Shown here: positions 31,301-41,221 of the stretch, piece after piece | How positions within the stretch are numbered: the first letter of the stretch is position 1 | How the letters are laid out: each line of letters starts with the position of its first letter | Notes under the pieces: generated by a model | The model's input: the letters and a program-made list of their open reading frames with translations, nothing else | The model's database searches: none | Told to the model about the DNA's origin: nothing | NCBI GenBank assembly: GCA_002410925.1 | Contig: DHPR01000033.1 | Span: 392,397 to 456,396, forward strand | Origin: a bacterium UBP13_UBA5359 | Lineage (GTDB): Bacteria > UBP13 > UBA5359 | Direction: 5' to 3' | DNA: 64,000 nt | Position numbers and translations under genes: made by a program

Positions 31301-33685
31301 CTACTTCTTTTCTCCCGATAAACCCTTCTGAGGTTGTATGGGCAAAATAGCTTTAGCCTTATCGGTTATAACCGACACATCCTCATCGCTCTTAAGTATG
31401 CGCGGCGTAAGAAAGACCATCAACTCACTTTTCCGGTCAGCCCACTGACTGGATTTAAAGAGATTGCCGATTAACGGCAGTTCGGACAATATCGGTACGG
31501 CATTGTTAATGCGCTCACGGTTGTTCTTGATTATTCCACCGATAACTATCGTCTGGCCATCTCTGACCGTTACCTTCGTCTGAGCTTCCCGACTGGCGAT
31601 TATAGGCGCATTCAGCCTGCTATCGCGCCCCACAATCTCATTTATAGTCTGGTGCACCTCCATGGCGATAACATCACTGGCTCCATTGACATGCGGCGTA
31701 ACCGTCAGCGCTATAGCCACATTCTTAAATTCTACGGTACGCCTTATATAGCCGCCCTCAGTCTCTGTTTCGCTGGAGACAAACGGCTCATCCTGGCCGA
31801 TACTAATTCTGGCCTCAACGTTGTCGGCCGTAGTAATGGTAGGTGTAGAGAGCACTTTAACGTCGGTCCTGGTCTTCAGAGCATGCAGAAGTGCCTGAAT
31901 ATTATCACTGACGATACTATATTTGAAACCGGTAGATTCCTTTGCTAAACTGAAATCAGCGCCGCCTTCCTGAGTTCGGCCGGAAGGGCTGACGGGATTG
32001 GTCCAGGACCATTCAAGGCCGAATTTGGTATTGTCATCAAGCGTTACATCGACAATAGCAACCTCTACAAAGACCTGCGTTGTTCTCATATCGAGCTTTT
32101 CAATCAGATTCTCGATAACAGAGAAAGAATTCGGTGGGCCTGTAACTAAAAGGGAGTTCGTCTTGGTTTCGGCCACCACAGTAATATTCTTCAGCTGAGC
32201 CAGAGGACCATCTGATGTCTGAGCGCTGTTAAAGAGCGTGAAGAGATAGTTTCTTGAGCTGCTTGGAGCGCTTGCCCTGCCCTGAAAAAGATTATTCAGA
32301 GTAGTTGCCAGCTCTGATGCCGTGGCATATTTCAGCGCAAAATGCCGGGTTATTTCGCTGAGAACCTTAGGAGCATCAAGCTCTTTTATCATCGTTTCAA
32401 AAGCCTTCATATTCTGCTCTGTAGCCGTCACCACAACCGAGTTGGTCCGAACATCAGCCACTATCGTATTGCGCTTCAATCCGGCATAACCGGACGCGGG
32501 CGCATTGCCTCCCATCACCGCTCCGCCAAAGGTATTCTGATTACGGCGCTGTGGCAAATTACCGCTGCCGGCGCTCTGTGTTGCCTGCTCAAAGAGAAGA
32601 CTCAATTGATTCGCCACAGTGCCGGCATCGGCATATTGCAGCGGAAAGACCCTGGCCTTGACCTCAGGCTCGGTATCCACATCCAGCTTTTTCACCATCT
32701 CCATAACCAACTTCACCCGCTCCTTGGAGGCCGATACAATCAGGCTGTTGGTGCGCTCATCGGCAGCAATACGAAGCTCCCCTTTGAGGCTGATAAGGCC
32801 GTCATTCCCTTGTAATTGCACCTGCACTTGGCCTGCCTGCTGTTGCTGGCGGCTGGGACTCATCTGTGTAATATTGGCAGGAGTATCCTGCTTGCTCTGA
32901 AATATTTTTGCCACTGTGTCGGCCAGGCTGGAAGCGCTGGCATACCGACATGTGTATATCTCGACATCGAGAATATCGGAGTTATCCTTATCCAGTTCCT
33001 TGATTATGGCGGCGATACGGCGCACATTGCCGGCTGTATCGGTAACGATTACGGTATTGGTAGAGGAAATAGCCGTAAGGCTGGCCTGATTATCGGATAC
33101 CAGCGGCTTCAATTCATCTTTTAGTTTTACAGCATTAACAAAATCCAGCGGTATGACCTGCGTTACCATGCTGTCTCCGGCAGCCATCTGCTGCGGGTCC
33201 TTGCCTGCTCTTACATCCGTATTATCGGCAACCGCCTTTTGTAAAGGAACAACACGTATCACTTTGCTGCCCGGGCCGCCTACCATAGTATAACCGCGAA
33301 CTTTGAGAACAGCATTAACAACTTCATAAGCTTCGGCCAAGGTTATATCTTTCATGCTGACAATGGTAATATTGCCTGAGATATCCGGATCAGCAACAAT
33401 AGGCGTTCTGCTGACAGTACTCAAATACTTCAATACGCTGCCGATATCCGCTTTATCAAAGCTCATGGATATGCGTGAAGCGAACCGATCGGATTGCCTG
33501 TTTTCTGAAGAGATATCCTTTCCAATCCCGCCCGCCGGCCGAACTCTGTCGCCTCTTTGAGCAGCAGGCGGCACCAATGTCGATATAGGTGTATCTGCAT
33601 CCTCCGCCGCTATCGCTATCCATGGATAAGCAGCAAAAAAACCAAACGAGCAAAGTATTAAAAGCAATCCCATTCTTGAACGCAT
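31301..33685 (-). CDS. gspD: Type II secretion secretin GspD
   Basis: Signal peptide from ATG 33685; N0 domain and repeated N domains (ADERTNSLIV, LQYADA, ADVRTNSVVV); secretin domain QVFVEVAIVDV...GQTIVIGGII...VPILSELPLIGNLF...ELMVFLTPRI. Confidence 0.92.
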   Translation of the reverse strand: MRSRMGLLLILCSFGFFAAYPWIAIAAEDADTPISTLVPPAAQRGDRVRPAGGIGKDISSENRQSDRFASRISMSFDKADIGSVLKYLSTVSRTPIVADPDISGNITIVSMKDITLAEAYEVVNAVLKVRGYTMVGGPGSKVIRVVPLQKAVADNTDVRAGKDPQQMAAGDSMVTQVIPLDFVNAVKLKDELKPLVSDNQASLTAISSTNTVIVTDTAGNVRRIAAIIKELDKDNSDILDVEIYTCRYASASSLADTVAKIFQSKQDTPANITQMSPSRQQQQAGQVQVQLQGNDGLISLKGELRIAADERTNSLIVSASKERVKLVMEMVKKLDVDTEPEVKARVFPLQYADAGTVANQLSLLFEQATQSAGSGNLPQRRNQNTFGGAVMGGNAPASGYAGLKRNTIVADVRTNSVVVTATEQNMKAFETMIKELDAPKVLSEITRHFALKYATASELATTLNNLFQGRASAPSSSRNYLFTLFNSAQTSDGPLAQLKNITVVAETKTNSLLVTGPPNSFSVIENLIEKLDMRTTQVFVEVAIVDVTLDDNTKFGLEWSWTNPVSPSGRTQEGGADFSLAKESTGFKYSIVSDNIQALLHALKTRTDVKVLSTPTITTADNVEARISIGQDEPFVSSETETEGGYIRRTVEFKNVAIALTVTPHVNGASDVIAMEVHQTINEIVGRDSRLNAPIIASREAQTKVTVRDGQTIVIGGIIKNNRERINNAVPILSELPLIGNLFKSSQWADRKSELMVFLTPRILKSDEDVSVITDKAKAILPIQPQKGLSGEKK

Positions 33686-33761
33686 ATTCTTTTCTTCCTT
33701 CCTTTTTGGCCTCTTGATTGAATAAATTATATGCTTGCCTTTCTTTTTGCGCTTCCTCTTG

Positions 33762-34637
33762 CTATCTGGAGCCGGAAGAAGCATTTTCAGTGCTCCCTGC
33801 ACCGCCCCTTCTCCTGTCTATAAATCGGCGCCGCATATTTTCATAGCGTCTGCTATTAACAGGATCACCTTCCGATGGCCTGTATAGGCCGTCGGACTGA
33901 CCGGCGCCAGAGGATTGATCCCGGGTAGAAGATCGGTCTGCTGCACTTGCAGACACTGCCCGTCCGGCACCGGAGACAGCATCGGACTTGTTATCACCCA
34001 GCCCCAGCCTCACTTGAGCGCCATCTTTCTCCAATAATACATATCGTTCACCGATCTCCGCCAGCCGTAAGCCGAAAGCCTCTTCTCCCTGTGCCACAAA
34101 GCTTGTTTCCGAGGTTGATAAGTTTTCCAGCAGAGCACGCTTCTCACCTCTGCTTTCCACCACACCGGTAAAAGCGACCTTCTTACCGGCATCACTGGCG
34201 GGAGCATCTTCTGTCCCTGTCCTCTGTGCAGAGGAGGTTCCGGATGATGCCGGATCAGGCAAAATAAGTGCGGCCAGATCCAAAGCGGCGGTATCAGCTC
34301 TTTCGGATGCCTTCCCCGACTTTGAGCTATCGGCTGCATTTGTCGCCGTACCTGCAGACATAAATAAATTTCTTCGGGGTATTATTGCATAGTCGGCAAA
34401 GTTCTCACCAGGCTTTGCCAAGCTTTTTCCTGTAGCTTTATTGCCGGCAAGAGGTCTCGCAGCTGAAGTGCTATCCGTATATCTGCCTGTATCGCTGACA
34501 GAGTTTACGGGTATGCGGCTTAGGAAACTCTTTATCCATATAATGGCCGCCAGAAAGGCCAGCAAGAGGGAGGCTATGGCTATTCCTGCAACAAAAGGAC
34601 TTATTTCTACTGATTTCAACCGTTCAATAATATTCAT
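33762..34637 (-). CDS. GspC-like / T2SS-associated bitopic protein
   Basis: N-terminal TM, RRNLF motif, FTGVV...ALLEN...GEEAFGLRLAEI HR-like domain; located before gspD. Confidence 0.55.
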   Translation of the reverse strand: MNIIERLKSVEISPFVAGIAIASLLLAFLAAIIWIKSFLSRIPVNSVSDTGRYTDSTSAARPLAGNKATGKSLAKPGENFADYAIIPRRNLFMSAGTATNAADSSKSGKASERADTAALDLAALILPDPASSGTSSAQRTGTEDAPASDAGKKVAFTGVVESRGEKRALLENLSTSETSFVAQGEEAFGLRLAEIGERYVLLEKDGAQVRLGLGDNKSDAVSGAGRAVSASAADRSSTRDQSSGAGQSDGLYRPSEGDPVNSRRYENMRRRFIDRRRGGAGSTENASSGSR

Positions 34638-35224
34638 CTCTCTCCATCCCCCTTATCTGCAAAAATATTCTTGCTCTGCTTCAGCGAAAAGGATGCCACG
34701 GTTATCTCCACTCTCAGCAGTTCAGAGATGCCCTTATCGTAATCATTGGAGAGGCGAATATCCATCCTTTCTATGGCAAGAAGATGCTTGCCTCGTTCCA
34801 TTTTAAATAGAATCCTGGTCAGATCATCAAGACTACATTCCAGGCTGACCTTCATGGGAAGACGAGATATACCCTCTTTCACGGTTGCCTGTCCCGGCCG
34901 AAGAGTGGTTACGACGCAACCCTGTGATTCAATAATGGCCGTTACTCTTTTAATTACAGCCGAGACATCATCTTCACGGACGAAGGCATCGGCCCTGGCA
35001 ATGCCCAGGCTGGAGGATAGATCAGCATACTCATCGGCATTAAGCCTTAAAGCTTGAAGACGCCGTACCATATCTGACGACTCTTTCCTTGAGAAACCCA
35101 ATTCTTTGGTTACACGCAACAAAGAGACTCTTTGGCCTATAGCGCCAACAAACATGGCTGCAACTAGCAGACCCATAAAAACAGCAGCTGCGAAAGATGG
35201 ACGTCGTTTAAAAATATCAATCAT
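34634..35224 (-). CDS. GspM/PilO-like inner membrane platform protein
   Basis: TM helix, coiled coil and ferredoxin-like C-terminal domain; position in the operon. Confidence 0.65.
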   Translation of the reverse strand: MIDIFKRRPSFAAAVFMGLLVAAMFVGAIGQRVSLLRVTKELGFSRKESSDMVRRLQALRLNADEYADLSSSLGIARADAFVREDDVSAVIKRVTAIIESQGCVVTTLRPGQATVKEGISRLPMKVSLECSLDDLTRILFKMERGKHLLAIERMDIRLSNDYDKGISELLRVEITVASFSLKQSKNIFADKGDGER

Positions 35225-36723
35225 TGTACCGTAATCCCTGTTTTTTGGCCATTACCCATTTGTTTGTCAACGGACAATCCGCCTTTCTTCTTTATCCAGG
35301 AACAGGTTATTCTGAAATCATAACCTGCCTGCGTATCAGCTCGTTCCTTGTTGGAGTAATCGAGCACCACGTTATCGAAAAGAGCTGTTTCCCAGAGCCT
35401 TCCTACTGCGGTGGCTATGGCCGAGTTGCTATCTCCTTTTCCTGCAATGCTCAAGGACTTCTCTTTCTCATATGACAACTCTACCAGCCATATGTCGGGC
35501 GGCATCTTCAGGCTGAGCAGGCGCAGCAATTCAAGCGAGCTTTTCTGCCAGCTCCTTATATCATTAATCTGCTGCCTTAGTTTATCAGAAGGGATGCCTT
35601 CAGCCCCTCCCTCTTGTCGTATGGCACGCTTAATCTCTTGTAAATGCATCTTTGTTTTCTGTAATTCAGCTGATTTGGCAGACAGAGAGCTATACCCGCT
35701 CATGAGAAAAAATGCCAGCAATAGCACGGCAACCCCTAACCCCAACAAAATAATATTAGTTCGACGGCGTATGATCCGCTCTTCAATCCTGTGCTCCGGC
35801 AACAGGTTAATAGCTTCTTTGCCGTCAAGGCCCATCAGCGCCAACCCGGTAGCAACAGCAAAAGCAGCTGGATTGGCGGTATCCTCCTTGATGCTCATGG
35901 CGGGGATATTCATGCCATGCCATGGGTCGCCCGGTACAACCTCCATCATTGATATTTCTGACAGTTTACGGCATATTTCACAGATAGAAGCCTCTTCGCC
36001 AACCGCCACAGCTTTAACAGGGATAAGAGCGCTTCCGGATGCCGCCAACGAAAAGATGGAACGCTTCATCTTGGCGGCCGTCTTTTTCAACAACACCTCC
36101 TCGGCATCATCTCGTTCATTATCCCGCCTTACGTTGCTTACATGCACAATGCTTCCCTGCCAGGCAATGCCTATGCTGATCCATTCACGCCGAATATCCA
36201 ATATCATGACCGACTCTGCAGCATTGCCTACGCTCCTGGCAGCGGCGGCCATAGCAAACGTAACCATATCGGGCGCCAAATGTGCTGCTTCGGCCATTGC
36301 TACCGCTTCATCGGCGGCTTCATGTCTGATGCCGGCGATTAGAACCGATTGCTCCCCCTCCGCTATCGGATAGTTACAGATGCCATACCCCCAGGCCATA
36401 TCGGCCAGAGGCAACGGCATCTGTAATTCGGCTTCATAGCGTACCATACCGGCAAGCTCAGCTTTGGCCGCTTTTGGCAACTTCACCAGCTTAAGGACAC
36501 AGTCCTCTGTAGGCAAACCACAGATAATACGCCCTGATGTAATGCCGGCTTCAAAGATAAAGCACCTCAATGCAGTGGAAATATCACCTTCGCCGGGATC
36601 AAGGAAAGTAGCATGTGCAACCTCATATCCGCCGGCGCAGGACCGCAGTTCCACAATTCGGATGCGTTCGCCCTCCATATCTATCCCCAAACTAGTTCTG
36701 CTTATCAACATCTGCGCTATCAC
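35221..36723 (-). CDS. GspL / PilM-PilN fusion-like protein
   Basis: LGIDMEG actin-like N-terminal domain, AVATGLAL, INLLP motif, TM helix and PilN-like domain. Confidence 0.75.
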   Translation of the reverse strand: MIAQMLISRTSLGIDMEGERIRIVELRSCAGGYEVAHATFLDPGEGDISTALRCFIFEAGITSGRIICGLPTEDCVLKLVKLPKAAKAELAGMVRYEAELQMPLPLADMAWGYGICNYPIAEGEQSVLIAGIRHEAADEAVAMAEAAHLAPDMVTFAMAAAARSVGNAAESVMILDIRREWISIGIAWQGSIVHVSNVRRDNERDDAEEVLLKKTAAKMKRSIFSLAASGSALIPVKAVAVGEEASICEICRKLSEISMMEVVPGDPWHGMNIPAMSIKEDTANPAAFAVATGLALMGLDGKEAINLLPEHRIEERIIRRRTNIILLGLGVAVLLLAFFLMSGYSSLSAKSAELQKTKMHLQEIKRAIRQEGGAEGIPSDKLRQQINDIRSWQKSSLELLRLLSLKMPPDIWLVELSYEKEKSLSIAGKGDSNSAIATAVGRLWETALFDNVVLDYSNKERADTQAGYDFRITCSWIKKKGGLSVDKQMGNGQKTGITVQ

Positions 36724-37877
36724 TCCTGCCAGTAAAGTATTCTTGGTGTTCCGGCATTCATATCAACCACACAGGTTATGATGAACGGCCTACCCTCGCG
36801 TATAAATCCGGAAGCCGTAAGTCTGTAAACAGATGATCTGGCCGTAAGCAATGGTGCGATCTCACGAAAAACGGCCATGGGAAGATCACTTATATTCAGA
36901 AGAGCGCCTACATCAGCAAAGGGCCCGTTCTCGGTACGATAGGCAGTAATCCTCTCAGCCATAGCTTCATCCAGACCGGGTATTGCAGCCAGTACTGCAG
37001 CAGAGGCTGTGTTTATACTGATCAACCCCTCTATCTCTTCTGCATTGGAGATGGTCAAACGATCATATATACCCTTTATATCTTCTCTGGAAAGCTCTGC
37101 CACACCCACTATATCAGCAACCTCTCTAAGATTTCCGGCACTAATAAACTGCATAAGAGCATTAATCTTGCTGTCATCCAATATATCACTGAGCAATGTC
37201 GTGAGCGTATTTCTCTCAGCAGCCAATATATTCACCCTTTTTTGTCCAGCAGCATTCATATTGCGATCACGCGAATATACGGTGAAGATCTCGATAGGCA
37301 CTAACCCTGCTGTATTATTAGCAGAGGAGGAGAGCCTTTCCGATATCCCTTTTATTAAATGCAATTCGCTTACGGTCAATAACGAGGCGTTGCGAGCACG
37401 ATAAGGCCTTTCCAATGCGGAGTAATATTCTGTTTCAGCTCCCGATGCTCGCTGAATATCATCAGCATCGCGCCAATCAATAATAGAATCCGCTGCCTCG
37501 CTATCGCCAAAGATATTCTCCAGCATTTCGGCAGATGCAGTATTAACGTTCACTCTGCCGGACTCATCCTTTATTACTATGGTAAAACCGGCTTCTCCCA
37601 TATCCAGCTCAAGCTCTTCAGAGGTAAGGACCAATCCTTTCTCCCCTTCGGCCAAAAGAGATAACCTTAAATCATCAGTCTCTTTCAATCTTAACAGAAC
37701 CGCCTCCGTAGCAGCCCGAGCCGCCCAGCGGCACTTGATACGCTCAGTGTAATTTCTGGCAATTCGTACCTCCGTACGTGCCGTAAGGCCCAAACCAGCA
37801 GCCAGAATAGTCAATGCTGCCAGCACCCAAAGTGTTACAACCAGAGCCGATCCCCGACGCTGATGCACCCGAATCAT
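36720..37877 (-). CDS. gspK: Minor pseudopilin GspK
   Basis: RRGSALVVTLW, DESGRVNVN, IIDWRDAD, GAETEYY; HhH-like insertions (INTASAAVLAAIPGL). Confidence 0.88.
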   Translation of the reverse strand: MIRVHQRRGSALVVTLWVLAALTILAAGLGLTARTEVRIARNYTERIKCRWAARAATEAVLLRLKETDDLRLSLLAEGEKGLVLTSEELELDMGEAGFTIVIKDESGRVNVNTASAEMLENIFGDSEAADSIIDWRDADDIQRASGAETEYYSALERPYRARNASLLTVSELHLIKGISERLSSSANNTAGLVPIEIFTVYSRDRNMNAAGQKRVNILAAERNTLTTLLSDILDDSKINALMQFISAGNLREVADIVGVAELSREDIKGIYDRLTISNAEEIEGLISINTASAAVLAAIPGLDEAMAERITAYRTENGPFADVGALLNISDLPMAVFREIAPLLTARSSVYRLTASGFIREGRPFIITCVVDMNAGTPRILYWQE

Positions 37878-38584
37878 GGTAAAAGCACCTCTGATCTTTC
37901 GCCGGATACAATCACAGCCGGATTGAAGGTAGAGGCCGTCACAACGGGCACAGCGCCATCTTTGGATCTGAGCGCTAATTCTATACGCACGGCTGCCGGC
38001 AATCTGCTTTGATCAGCCCACTCATCAAGCCATTCATCGGCATCACGATCGTAGTAACGGCAGTTGAAGCCTACTACCTTATTGGAAAGTAATACTGTCT
38101 CCGCTCCCTCTTCAGCCTGATCTTTCCCGAGAAGGCTCAATCCCGGCTTAAAATCCTCTATCATAAACAGCCCCAGAGGATGGCCGCCGTCATCCCGCTC
38201 CATATAGTAAGTCACACGACAAAGACCGCCCCCCGGCTGTGCTTCCATCATTGCTTGGCGGCTCATAGTTGTAAAGGTCAGTTTGTCAAACTGCAGATCA
38301 TTCCAGCCGTCAGAGCTATCCTCGCCTACCAGCCCATCATCTCCATCCGTATCCGGCGGACAGGCACTATGCAACCCAGCCCCGATCCTATCCAGCAGTA
38401 TACGCCCGGTTTGAGATATATCCGCTCTCTCTTCCAGCCCGGATGCACTGGTTCCGGCGGCACGAAATGCCCCGTATACAGCTCCCATAATCAGTATCAA
38501 CATAACGGCGGCCACCATGGTCTCTATCAGAGTAAAGCCCGAAGTCTGAAAAAGAGCCCTCTTATGCCTTATTACACCTCTCAT
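37874..38584 (-). CDS. gspJ: Minor pseudopilin GspJ-like
   Basis: GFTLIETMVA prepilin motif; WLDEW...LPAAVRIEL C-terminus. Confidence 0.8.
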   Translation of the reverse strand: MRGVIRHKRALFQTSGFTLIETMVAAVMLILIMGAVYGAFRAAGTSASGLEERADISQTGRILLDRIGAGLHSACPPDTDGDDGLVGEDSSDGWNDLQFDKLTFTTMSRQAMMEAQPGGGLCRVTYYMERDDGGHPLGLFMIEDFKPGLSLLGKDQAEEGAETVLLSNKVVGFNCRYYDRDADEWLDEWADQSRLPAAVRIELALRSKDGAVPVVTASTFNPAVIVSGERSEVLLP

Positions 38585-38967
38585 TGGCTGGCAGCCTCCG
38601 CCGTTCGGCTGCTGCCGGCAAAGCAGATAACCATCTCATACGCCTGATGCCGCCCGCGCCCACGCTTCTCTACCGATATTTCCGCTCGCCGCAAGCCTGT
38701 TGCATTGGTACTAAGATCTGCATTCCAGAAATAATCCGGTGCATTATCGCCAAAATCGCCGGATACCGGCCCATCACCGATGTCCGAACGCCGCTCAAGA
38801 TCAGAGGCTACCTGATGTGCCAATATAGCTGCCCGGGAATAATCCTCCGCCAGCCTTGCCGAAACAAGTCCCGACGAGAAGACCTTTAACACAGCCGCTA
38901 TACCTATAGCCAGCAATGCTACCGCCACAATCATTTCCAGCATAGAAAAGCCTTTTTTACTCTTCAT
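38581..38967 (-). CDS. gspI: Minor pseudopilin GspI-like
   Basis: KKGFSMLEMIVAVALLAI prepilin motif. Confidence 0.75.
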   Translation of the reverse strand: MKSKKGFSMLEMIVAVALLAIGIAAVLKVFSSGLVSARLAEDYSRAAILAHQVASDLERRSDIGDGPVSGDFGDNAPDYFWNADLSTNATGLRRAEISVEKRGRGRHQAYEMVICFAGSSRTAEAASQ

Positions 38968-39505
38968 CTTCAGCCTGTAAAACCTCGCAGCGCCCTGTTA
39001 CGGCATCCACGGCAACAGTTCTGGTTCTGCCGTAATCATCGCCAATTCTAATAAGAGCATTCTCTGTCTGGCCCAGCTCCGTAAATCTTATCCAGTTCTC
39101 GTCCCCACCCGGCTTTCTCACAACCAACACAGTAATGTTGTTCGGCAGCCGACGGAAGCGCCCTGCAGGAGCGGTAACCGGCCTGATAGCATCCTCTCCC
39201 CTGTCATCAGCAGTAATTTCCTCCACATGGACACCCTTCCCATCGTTAGCGAAAATTACTCGTGTATCTGTGCGCTCAGTTACAGCATGACTCCTAGCAT
39301 ACTTCAGAGCAGCCATTATCGTTCGGCAGCCTGTACGCAGTCTGGCATCACGCAGGGCCGGTCCTAAGGAAAGAATCATCATGCCGCTGATTATAGCCAT
39401 CATTGCCAGAACTACCAGCAACTCGACCATGGTAAAGCCCGTCTCTTTATTTATCCCAATTGGTGATATCGGCATCGGCGCCGCTGCCACCCTCTCTGCC
39501 ATCAT
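38957..39505 (-). CDS. gspH: Minor pseudopilin GspH/FimT-like (start uncertain)
   Basis: GFTMVELLVVL prepilin motif; ARSHAV; VDAVTGR. Confidence 0.75.
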   Translation of the reverse strand: MMAERVAAAPMPISPIGINKETGFTMVELLVVLAMMAIISGMMILSLGPALRDARLRTGCRTIMAALKYARSHAVTERTDTRVIFANDGKGVHVEEITADDRGEDAIRPVTAPAGRFRRLPNNITVLVVRKPGGDENWIRFTELGQTENALIRIGDDYGRTRTVAVDAVTGRCEVLQAEDEE

Positions 39506-39890
39506 GTCCCATCGAACTTAAATCGTAGGAATCAGCATTATTATTGCCGGGGCATTCATAGATATACTCTCTGCCCCATGGATCAGCCGGTATGCTCTTT
39601 TTGACATATGGTCCGTTCCAACCGCTTGCATCGCTCTGCGGTTTGATACGTAAAGCTTCCAGCCCCTCGTCCGTGGAGGGGTATCTGCCTGTATGCAGAT
39701 AAAACTGATCCAAAGCATTCCCTATACTCTCTATATCGCTTACTGCTTTGGCATACCTGGCCTCCTCCACACGCTTGACCACCACTATAGTGACTACACC
39801 GGCCAGCAGAACAAGAATAACCATAACCACCAGCAGCTCCAGCAATGTAAAGCCTCTTCTGTTTTTATCTCTCCTTCGGATATTTTTCAC
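39447..39890 (-). CDS. gspG: Major pseudopilin GspG
   Basis: GFTLLELLVV, GRYPSTDEGLEAL, WNGPY, DPWGREY, DGREGG, DADITNW. Confidence 0.95.
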   Translation of the reverse strand: MKNIRRRDKNRRGFTLLELLVVMVILVLLAGVVTIVVVKRVEEARYAKAVSDIESIGNALDQFYLHTGRYPSTDEGLEALRIKPQSDASGWNGPYVKKSIPADPWGREYIYECPGNNNADSYDLSSMGHDGREGGSGADADITNWDK

Positions 39891-39893
39891 TCT

Positions 39894-41117
39894 TTATCCC
39901 CCCATCAGGTTAATCTGAAATATTGGCAGAAGCATAGCCAGGATGACAAACCCTATCACACTTCCAACCGCCACTATAATTACCGGCTCCAAAAGCGAAA
40001 CGGCGCTCTTAAGAGTAGCTTCCACTTCTACGTCATAGGTATCGGCTACCGTCAGCAGCACGTTTTGAAGATCTCCCGTTTCCTCTCCCACTGCTGCCAT
40101 ACTAGTAAGAAGGGATGGAAAGACACCTGTAGCATCAAGCTGCCCGGAAAAACTCTCTCCCTCCCGCATACCCGCACGAGCACTGTCAGCTGCTCTGGCC
40201 AGAACCTCGTTGTCTACCACGTCACGAGCGATGGAAATGGAATCAAAGAGCGATACTCCGCCTTGCAATAGAGTGGCCGTAGTCCTGGCAAATCTTGATA
40301 CGGCAGCTTTCAATCCCAGCTTGCCCAAAATAGGTAGTTTCATTTTAAAAGCATCCAATCGAAAACGTCCATTGGAGGTGCCGGCATAAGCTCTGACCGC
40401 CGATACTATCAGCGCTATTACAATTGCCAAAATCCACCACCATTGAAATATTATACCGGAAATGCTCAACAGTGCCGCAGTCGGTGCCGGCAATGCCTGT
40501 TCAAACTCTTCAAATACGGCGGCAAATCTGGGCACGACCAGAGTTATCAAAAGAGTCACGGATAGGGTGCCGATGCTGATAAGCAGCATCGGATATGCCA
40601 GAGCACTACGAATCTGCATTCTGCGAGCCTGTTCCTTTTCCAGATATTCGGCCAGCCATTGCAATGTTGAGTGCAATTGACCGCTTGCTTCACCTGCTTT
40701 TACCATGCTCACATAAAGAGGTGGAAATATGCCGGGATACTGATCCATTGCTTCCCATAATGCTTTGCCGCTATTGATATCCTGTTGCATACGCTCTAAT
40801 GCCGTTTTCAATCGTAAATTTTCAGTATGTTCCGTAAGAGCTGTAAAGGTACGCATCAGCGGCAATCCTCCGCGTACCAGGTTGGCTAATTGACGGCTGA
40901 AGACGGTAAGATCCCTGCTCCCGACTTTGCCGCCGCTGGTTGTTCCACAATGCAGAAGAGAGGCTATACTTCCTCTTCTCGAAACCGGAGAGATATGTCG
41001 AGGATGAACACCATCCGCTTTAAGCCTGATTAACGCAGTGCGCTCATCCGCTGCTACCAGCTTGCCGCTGATCTGTCGCCCGTTGCTGCCTATTCCCTTG
41101 TAAGAGTATTCACGCAT
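39894..41117 (-). CDS. gspF: T2SS inner membrane platform GspF/PilC
   Basis: FSRQLANL, AGEASGQL, ALAYP, VGEETGDL and LLEPVII motifs. Confidence 0.92.
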   Translation of the reverse strand: MREYSYKGIGSNGRQISGKLVAADERTALIRLKADGVHPRHISPVSRRGSIASLLHCGTTSGGKVGSRDLTVFSRQLANLVRGGLPLMRTFTALTEHTENLRLKTALERMQQDINSGKALWEAMDQYPGIFPPLYVSMVKAGEASGQLHSTLQWLAEYLEKEQARRMQIRSALAYPMLLISIGTLSVTLLITLVVPRFAAVFEEFEQALPAPTAALLSISGIIFQWWWILAIVIALIVSAVRAYAGTSNGRFRLDAFKMKLPILGKLGLKAAVSRFARTTATLLQGGVSLFDSISIARDVVDNEVLARAADSARAGMREGESFSGQLDATGVFPSLLTSMAAVGEETGDLQNVLLTVADTYDVEVEATLKSAVSLLEPVIIVAVGSVIGFVILAMLLPIFQINLMGG

Positions 41118-41221
41118 GGTCGCATACCATCCAAATATAACCACGCTTTCTTTAAATATCCTGATCAGTTGTTGATTATCAACCGGCTTTTGGATTACTA
41201 TGTGAGCGTCCTAACTCGGCC